Assembly (NCBI GenBank): GCA_965216565.1 | Contig: OZ244170.1 | Coordinates: 3,168,001 to 3,232,000, forward strand | From: Bythopirellula sp. | GTDB taxonomy: Bacteria > Planctomycetota > Planctomycetia > Pirellulales > Lacipirellulaceae | Length of the DNA: 64,000 nt | Direction: 5' to 3' | Shown here: piece by piece, positions 58,005 to 64,000 of the stretch | Numbering within the stretch: the stretch's first letter is position 1 | Layout of the letters: each line of letters starts with the position of its first letter | Position numbers and translations under genes: made by a program | Notes under the pieces: generated by a model | Database searches by the model: none | Seen by the model: only the letters and a program-made list of their open reading frames with translations | What the model was told of the DNA's origin: nothing

Positions 58005-59015
58005 TCAGAGAAGATTCCTGTCTTTTAGCACCTGCAGCAGAACAGGCTCAATTTCTTCTCGAATCGCTGCATTCGCATAGCCAACCCAGGCAATGTTGGT
58101 TTCGCAGTCGAGAGGCGCTCGGAGCGGATCGCCCGCTGGCGAAGTGATAGCAATTCCTAGCTCTTCGGCGATCAGCATAGTGCAAACATCGTACGCATGG
58201 CAGCAATGAGCCAGTGCTTCGCCGCGCTCGTCGGCCACAGATTGCATGATGGGCCTAAGATCAGCCACAAATCGATCGGTTCCGCTAAACAATCCGTGCA
58301 ATTGGCCGCCAGTGCTTGGATATTGATCATCGAAGCATAAAGTCCCGCCTGGAGGTTGGGGGCCAAGGGCCCTGCGCACGACCTCGTCGTTGATCGCTGC
58401 CAATACGTCTGTGACGCCTGGGAAAAATCGGCTGAACGTAGCAAACCCCATCTGAATGGACAATGCTGTCGAGGGCTGCAACTGTAGATTCCTCGCTTCA
58501 CCCGAATGGAGGTTGTGCCGAATCGCTCCTACGCCTTTGCCGCGCACGGCCCACATCTGATCTGCTAAGTACTGTTTTACCAAGGGCAATTCTGTCTGCA
58601 CAGCTAACACGATATCTTGCAAATCGGTTTCGTCGCCTTTGTTGGGTGCCACTCCGGTCAGAATCCATCCGCTCCGCTTTTGTACCATCAAGGGTCTGGT
58701 CCCATCGATGGGGTCGACGATCATCCGCCAACGGCAGGAATCTTCGCTGGCGCCTGTGGGTAGAACCAATTTACCCTCAGGCAAACCCTCGGCTACCAAT
58801 ACAATTGGTTCGAGACTGGCGATCTCGGCGGCAACAAAATCGACAAGCGTCTTCTCGGCGACAGCATCGAGGGCAAACACAAGGTCGCCCCCCTGCTCTG
58901 CCACCACAGTGGACAGCTCCGCAGCAGTTCGCTCTCGAGTGGCTGCAAGGACTTGATCTCGGAGGAGATCGTGGAGTCGTCGAATCTTCGGAAGTAAATC
59001 GGCAATTTCAAGCAT
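58005..59015 (-). CDS. Inositol monophosphatase-like protein
   Basis: D..F.LD..AE, LVAEG, IVDPIDGTR and H.YDVC; start approximate. Confidence 0.8.
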   Translation of the reverse strand: MLEIADLLPKIRRLHDLLRDQVLAATRERTAAELSTVVAEQGGDLVFALDAVAEKTLVDFVAAEIASLEPIVLVAEGLPEGKLVLPTGASEDSCRWRMIVDPIDGTRPLMVQKRSGWILTGVAPNKGDETDLQDIVLAVQTELPLVKQYLADQMWAVRGKGVGAIRHNLHSGEARNLQLQPSTALSIQMGFATFSRFFPGVTDVLAAINDEVVRRALGPQPPGGTLCFDDQYPSTGGQLHGLFSGTDRFVADLRPIMQSVADERGEALAHCCHAYDVCTMLIAEELGIAITSPAGDPLRAPLDCETNIAWVGYANAAIREEIEPVLLQVLKDRNLL

Positions 59016-59122
59016 GCCTTCAAGATAGCATAAGCCGCCGGAACTAGGCGAGCTGTACACCTTGTCCAATCACTGGAGAATGTCATGATAGATCTTCCGA
59101 CACTACCCAGAACGAGACCTCG

Positions 59123-60121
59123 TTGACCGACAAATCAATCACCAAGCACGGAACATTCCAGTGCCGATCACACGGTAAGTTTGCGCAATGGTTGGCCGAG
59201 TCGGACGGCAGCCTAGCAGTCTCCACCTACAACTCTGGCAAATTGGTCCTTATTTGTAGCCGTCAGGATCGTCTCTGCTTTCGAACACTAGACCTCGCGC
59301 GCCCCATGGGGATAGCGCTCAACAATGGCCGCTTTGCGGTGGCCGTTCAGAAAAGCATTTTGCTGTACCGTGCGCAAACGGCTAACTCCCCTGAGTATCA
59401 ATCGGCTACTAAACATTTTCAACAAGCCACTGAATTCAGAACTGGAAAGGTCGATTGCCACGATTTGGCGTTTGGAAAACGCGGATTGTACTTCGTTAAC
59501 ACTCGGTTCAATTGTGTTGCTCGCGCGGTCGAGGAACGCAATTTTCTATGCTGTTGGCGCCCACCTTTCATTCCTGATTTGATTGGCGAAGACCAATGTC
59601 ATCTCAATGGACTGGGGATGCAAAACGGTTCGCCCGCCATGGTGACGGCTTTCTCCGAAACCAACTCTAAGAAAGGGTGGCGCACAGAAAATCGATTCGA
59701 GACGGGAGTGCTCGTTGATATTGCTCAAAACCGAGTCGTATCGCGAGGGTTGTGTATGCCCCATTCGCCCCGTCTCCATCGAGGAAAATGGTGGCTCTGC
59801 AACTCAGGCTTGGGGAGTCTCTGCTTGTTTGATCCTGCTAGAGAGAGTGTCGATGAGGTATGCCAGTTCCCAGGTTTCACCCGAGGACTTTGTTTGGTAA
59901 AGGATTACGGCCTAGTCGGACTCTCCAGGATTCGGAAAGAGCATGTCCTCGACACGACATTATTCCGTGACAAACCCATCAAAGCTCGAGCCGGAATCGG
60001 TCTGGTTGAGCTCTCAACTGGGCGCAAGGTCGGGATGCTGGAATTTGTCAGTGGTGGCAATGAAGTGTTCGAAGTGCTGTTCTTACCTGGTGTTAAGAAG
60101 CTTAGCCTGGCTCAAGACTGA
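59123..60121 (+). CDS. TIGR03032 (DUF4915) family protein
   Basis: SLA.STY..GKL, TG.VD.HD, FVNTRFNC, W.PPFI...ED.CHLNGL, GL.MPHSPR, NSG.G and PGFTRGL. Confidence 0.88.
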   Translation: MTDKSITKHGTFQCRSHGKFAQWLAESDGSLAVSTYNSGKLVLICSRQDRLCFRTLDLARPMGIALNNGRFAVAVQKSILLYRAQTANSPEYQSATKHFQQATEFRTGKVDCHDLAFGKRGLYFVNTRFNCVARAVEERNFLCCWRPPFIPDLIGEDQCHLNGLGMQNGSPAMVTAFSETNSKKGWRTENRFETGVLVDIAQNRVVSRGLCMPHSPRLHRGKWWLCNSGLGSLCLFDPARESVDEVCQFPGFTRGLCLVKDYGLVGLSRIRKEHVLDTTLFRDKPIKARAGIGLVELSTGRKVGMLEFVSGGNEVFEVLFLPGVKKLSLAQD

Positions 60122-60313
60122 GAGGCCTGCTACTTGCAAATCGGTTGCAGAGGTGTGAATTCCATGCGCCCTACACAGGGAGCGTTCCAAGGTGTGATCC
60201 ATTCAAAGCAATTTATTGCCCCGCCAGCCAGCAGCGAATATCTTAAGGGCTTCATTGTTCCGCTCCCAACTCTGCACACGTCTAGTAGCTAGGCGAGGAA
60301 GTTTGGCTTCTCG

Positions 60314-63300
60314 ATGCCTGGATTTCGCAAGATATCTCCGAATTTGACGAGGAGCCTACCCGCTGCCAATTTAGCCAACCAGCACGGTTTCTCCCGTTTG
60401 CTCCATTTCGAAACACTGGAGAATCGTCGATTGCTGGCCGGTTCGGATATCGAGATTCGCGCCGCAGGCACCACAGCCACGGAACAAATGGAACTGCGTA
60501 TCGATGGAGTCGCAGTAGCCAACTTCAACGTTGATAGTGGAGATCCCTTCAACAATATTTTTCAGATCTTTAACTACCAGCATGCCTCGACGGTCGGAAT
60601 CGACCAAATCCAGGTAGCGTTCACCAACGATGGGAACACCAGCGGTGGCGAAGATCGCAATCTTCGCGTCGATGGCATCACCTTAGACGGAACGGTCTAT
60701 GAATCGGAACATCCGACTGTTTTCTCTACCGGAACTTGGACACCTACCGATGGATGCGCACCTGGTAACAAGAGTAGCGAATGGCTGCATTGCGGTGGGC
60801 ACTTTCAGTTCAACGAATTGCCACCGCCTGCCGGGTCTTCCATCGTTATCGATGCCGCTGGGGAAACTGGCAGCGAACGTATGGAACTTCAAATTGACGG
60901 CGTTACTGTAGCGACATTCGATAGCGTGGGTGGCGACGCAGGCAATCGTGTTTTTGAAACTTTCCAATACCAGCACGATTCGTTGGTAACGGTCGATCAA
61001 GTACGGGTCGCGCTTACCAATGACACGACTCAAGTTGATCGCAACCTGCGCGTCGATGGCATAACCCTCGACGGTGTGCGATACGAGGCGGAGGCCCCGG
61101 CTACATTTTCGACAGGCACGTGGGACCCGATGAATGGTTGCTCGCCCGGAAATAAGCAAAGCGAATTTCTCCACTGCAACGGCTATTTCCAGTTTGCCGA
61201 TGCGTTTGACCCCGGCACTTTATCGTTGGGCACGACTCAGCTCACCGTTCATGAAACCGACGGAACGGTTTCGATCCCTGTTGTGCGTTCGGGGGGAACC
61301 GACGGGGCCGTCGGATTAGTCTACGCCACGATTTCTGGATCGGCAGTGGAAGGTGCCGACTACACGCCTCAAACTGGTACGGTGCAGTTTGCCGATGGCG
61401 AAGTCACTCAGTTTATTGTTGTGCCCTTACTCGATGATAATACGCAGGATGGTGTGAAGACTTTCAATGTCGCTACCGATCTAGCCACCGGAGGTGCGGC
61501 CCTCGGATTTCCTCGCACGGCGACGATCACTATTCTCGACGACGAAAGCCCTCCTCCCTTCGGAAGTGGCGACGGTTTGTTGGGAGAGTATTACTCAGGA
61601 ACTGAATTCGACACGCTAGAACTGATGCGCGTCGATAGCGATATCGATTTCAATTGGGGGACTGGCTCGCCAGATCCCTCCCTGCCCGTTGATAGCTTTT
61701 CCGTGCGATGGACGGGACAAATCGAATCACGATTCAGTGAGCAAACTATTTTCAGCGTACAGACCGATGGCGGTGTCCGGCTGTGGGTCGACGATCAACT
61801 CATCATTGATGAGTGGTCTGAACAAACTGCCCTTCACACGGGGCAGATGAACTTACTCGCGCTCGAACAGGTTTCGATCGCACTTGAGTTTTCAGAACAG
61901 TCTGGAAACGCGCTGCAAAGCCTGCAGTGGTCGAGCGGATCGCAACCTCTAGAGGTCGTCCCGCAAAGCCAGCTCTACTCAGCTCCGCCCGAACACATTG
62001 ATCTCGGCGGAACATTTGCAAGCCAAAGCCTGTTCACGGGACTCACTCAACCCGTAGCAATGGATATTGCATCAGATGGTCGATTGTTCATTGCAGAGAA
62101 GGCGGGGATTGTCCGAGTTGCCCAGAATAGCCAGATCTTGTCGCAACCATTCATCGATATCTCGGCGATGGTCAATAACAGCTTCGATCGAGGACTGCTC
62201 GGGATTGCCGTTCATCCCGACTTCCCCACTTCGCCCTACGTTTATTTGGCATTCACTTACGATCCTCCCGAAGCCACGGGCACGGGGCTCGATGGCCCCG
62301 ATGGCACTGGGAATCGTGTCGCCCGTTTGATTCGTGTCACCGCTGACAGCAACGCGGATTTCAACCAGGCGATCCCCGGCAGTGAAGTTGTGCTGCTTGG
62401 CACAAACAGCACCTGGTCAAACATCAGCCATCCGGAACTCGATAGCACCAACGACCTCTCGATTCCATCCTCGTGCGGGCCCGATGGTACCCTGGAGGAT
62501 TGCCTACCTTCAGACTCCAACTCGCATTCAATCGGTAATATCGAATTTGGCGGCGATGGCATGCTCTATGTCACCATGGGCGATGGTACTTCCGTAGGAC
62601 TGGTTGATCCACGGACCGATCGAGTTCAAAGCCTTGATAGTCTGTCCGGAAAACTCCTGCGGCTCGATCCCCTCACGGGCCAAGGACTTGACGACAATCC
62701 GTTTTACAACGGCGACCCCACTGCCAATCGGTCCAAGGTGGTCAATTGGGGATTGCGGAATCCCTTCCGGTTCGCTTTTCATCCCACTACCGACGAGCCC
62801 TACTTGGGCGACGTCGGCTGGACTACTTGGGAGGAAATCAACGTAGGGCGCGGCAAGAATTTTGGTTGGCCTTACTACGAGGGAGGCAATGGACAGAACC
62901 TCCAAACAGGCGGTTACGAAGACTTGCAATCCGCGCTTGATTTCTACGCCACCAATCCCGAAGTGGAACCACCTTTCTGGTCGAAGAGCCATGCGGACGG
63001 CGCGGTGTCCGTAGTCCTCGGCGACTTTTACACCGGCAATGTGTACTCACCCGTAGTTCAGAATGCGCTATTCTTCACCGATCTGTTCGACCCGGCCCTC
63101 GAAGCCATTCGCCTCAATCCCGATGGATCGCTCAAGGACGTTCTCACCCTGAGTAATGATCTGGGGACTGTTGTTGAGATGACTTACAACCCGGTCGACG
63201 GACACATGTATTATGTCGATGTCGGCGGTGAGGTGGGACGAATTGCATTCACTCCCGATGTGGCGCCTTCGGCAGAAGAGATCGCCGCGGCCCTGGGAGA

Positions 63301-63802
63301 CTTCGATCTGGACGGGACGACCACGGGGCTAGACTTCCTTGCCTGGCAAATCGGCAGTGGGATGACAGACGGAGCAGCCATTACTGATGGAGATTCCAAC
63401 AACGATGGCAGCGTAGATTTTATAGATCGCATCGCCTGGGAGACAAACTATAGCGCTGTAAATTCACTGGCTGGCGCATCGAGTAGTGGGCTTCTTTCAA
63501 CAGCCATCTCCGCCCACACCACAAACGACCCTGCGACTCCTGATCTACCGCTAGCGGATATTGCGGCGGTGTACTGGTCGGACATTGACCTCAAATCAAG
63601 CGAAAGTCCTCAGCAGTCTTCTCAAGAGAATGTACCTAATCTATACGGCAGGTATCTGAACCTAGCGGATGAACTGCCCCAAGAATCGGACTCGCCTGTA
63701 GACTCCCTCTTGGAAGAAGATTTGTCTAAAGACGATTACGAAGATCTTGACGGTGCTCTCGCACTTCTTCTTGAAGATGATACGTTTTCGACCGTGCTCT
63801 AG
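60314..63802 (+). CDS. Modular exported PQQ-dependent sugar dehydrogenase-like protein (2x CBM60-like, Calx-beta, PA14, GSDH propeller, dockerin-like)
   Basis: FETLENRRLLA; two repeats with AFTND...DRNLRVDGI; Calx-beta GT..FADGE; PA14 FSVRWTGQI...DGGVRLWV; RGLLGIA.HPDF, GLRNPFR, DVGW.TWEEIN, NFGWPYYEG; GDFD.DG...DFLAWQ. Confidence 0.85.
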   Translation: MPGFRKISPNLTRSLPAANLANQHGFSRLLHFETLENRRLLAGSDIEIRAAGTTATEQMELRIDGVAVANFNVDSGDPFNNIFQIFNYQHASTVGIDQIQVAFTNDGNTSGGEDRNLRVDGITLDGTVYESEHPTVFSTGTWTPTDGCAPGNKSSEWLHCGGHFQFNELPPPAGSSIVIDAAGETGSERMELQIDGVTVATFDSVGGDAGNRVFETFQYQHDSLVTVDQVRVALTNDTTQVDRNLRVDGITLDGVRYEAEAPATFSTGTWDPMNGCSPGNKQSEFLHCNGYFQFADAFDPGTLSLGTTQLTVHETDGTVSIPVVRSGGTDGAVGLVYATISGSAVEGADYTPQTGTVQFADGEVTQFIVVPLLDDNTQDGVKTFNVATDLATGGAALGFPRTATITILDDESPPPFGSGDGLLGEYYSGTEFDTLELMRVDSDIDFNWGTGSPDPSLPVDSFSVRWTGQIESRFSEQTIFSVQTDGGVRLWVDDQLIIDEWSEQTALHTGQMNLLALEQVSIALEFSEQSGNALQSLQWSSGSQPLEVVPQSQLYSAPPEHIDLGGTFASQSLFTGLTQPVAMDIASDGRLFIAEKAGIVRVAQNSQILSQPFIDISAMVNNSFDRGLLGIAVHPDFPTSPYVYLAFTYDPPEATGTGLDGPDGTGNRVARLIRVTADSNADFNQAIPGSEVVLLGTNSTWSNISHPELDSTNDLSIPSSCGPDGTLEDCLPSDSNSHSIGNIEFGGDGMLYVTMGDGTSVGLVDPRTDRVQSLDSLSGKLLRLDPLTGQGLDDNPFYNGDPTANRSKVVNWGLRNPFRFAFHPTTDEPYLGDVGWTTWEEINVGRGKNFGWPYYEGGNGQNLQTGGYEDLQSALDFYATNPEVEPPFWSKSHADGAVSVVLGDFYTGNVYSPVVQNALFFTDLFDPALEAIRLNPDGSLKDVLTLSNDLGTVVEMTYNPVDGHMYYVDVGGEVGRIAFTPDVAPSAEEIAAALGDFDLDGTTTGLDFLAWQIGSGMTDGAAITDGDSNNDGSVDFIDRIAWETNYSAVNSLAGASSSGLLSTAISAHTTNDPATPDLPLADIAAVYWSDIDLKSSESPQQSSQENVPNLYGRYLNLADELPQESDSPVDSLLEEDLSKDDYEDLDGALALLLEDDTFSTVL

Positions 63803-63804
63803 GT

Positions 63805-63831
63805 TCCGGCGATCCATCGGATCGCGGCTAT
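63805..63831. repeat. Short REP-like dispersed palindrome, copy 2
   Basis: Hairpin GCGATCC-ATC-GGATCGC within TCCGGCGATCCATCGGATCGCGGCTAT, 2 nt after a stop codon. Confidence 0.55.
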
Positions 63832-64000
63832 AGTCGTTCTCAAACTATCGTGGGGAGCGGCTGATTCCCGCTGAAGGCCTTTCCCTCCCGCTCTGCTGAG
63901 GAACTTTACAAGATGGAAAACGTCGTAGAATAGAGTGCAAAACCTATTCTCCCACTTTTCTGCACCCCTTTTCTCTCTTCCTAGCACTGATACAGTCATG

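Noticed and set aside
1..64000. CRISPR array, rRNA, IS elements or prophage genes
   Set aside because: No regularly spaced repeats or recognisable cas, transposase, rRNA or phage signatures were seen by eye.

Overview
Planctomycete chromosomal window. Four proteins carry the planctomycete 'E-x-L-E-x-R-x-x-L' N-terminal motif, and dockerin-like 'DFLAWQ' modules occur with PEP-CTERM tails. This suggests Pirellulales/Lacipirellulaceae (inference). 1-22.8 kb is mostly housekeeping and signalling: SDR, M24 peptidase, DASS transporter, PQQ-propeller protein, Gfo/Idh/MocA, GGQ release-factor-like protein, HAD, MOSC, anti-sigma pair and tRNA-Asn. It also holds a membrane adenylate cyclase and a Cys-rich TolC-like gene facing a DevB-DevC-DevC-DevA exporter whose ATPase is fused to a cNMP-binding domain. 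After the tRNA come a frameshifted GIY-YIG gene, an NhaC-type transporter, a PEP-CTERM EEP enzyme and a 15.5-kb gene for a 5174-aa RHS polymorphic toxin. The toxin ends in a PD-(D/E)XK-like tip and overlaps a pentapeptide-repeat gene in the immunity position. The right part has an ArsR-SRPBCC-DUF1569/VOC locus, a patatin, two tandem acidic beta-helix paralogues, a FAD/Fe-S oxidoreductase, MATE, IMPase-like, TIGR03032 and a modular PQQ sugar dehydrogenase. Best leads: (1) a nuclease RHS toxin with a possible DNA-mimic immunity protein; (2) a circularly permuted golvesin-like insert in the YD array; (3) a candidate cyclic-nucleotide-gated tripartite exporter; (4) an unannotated 30-aa hydrophobic ORF in a structured transcript; (5) a tRNA-linked GIY-YIG relic. 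All family assignments come from motif recognition by eye; no database searches were run.
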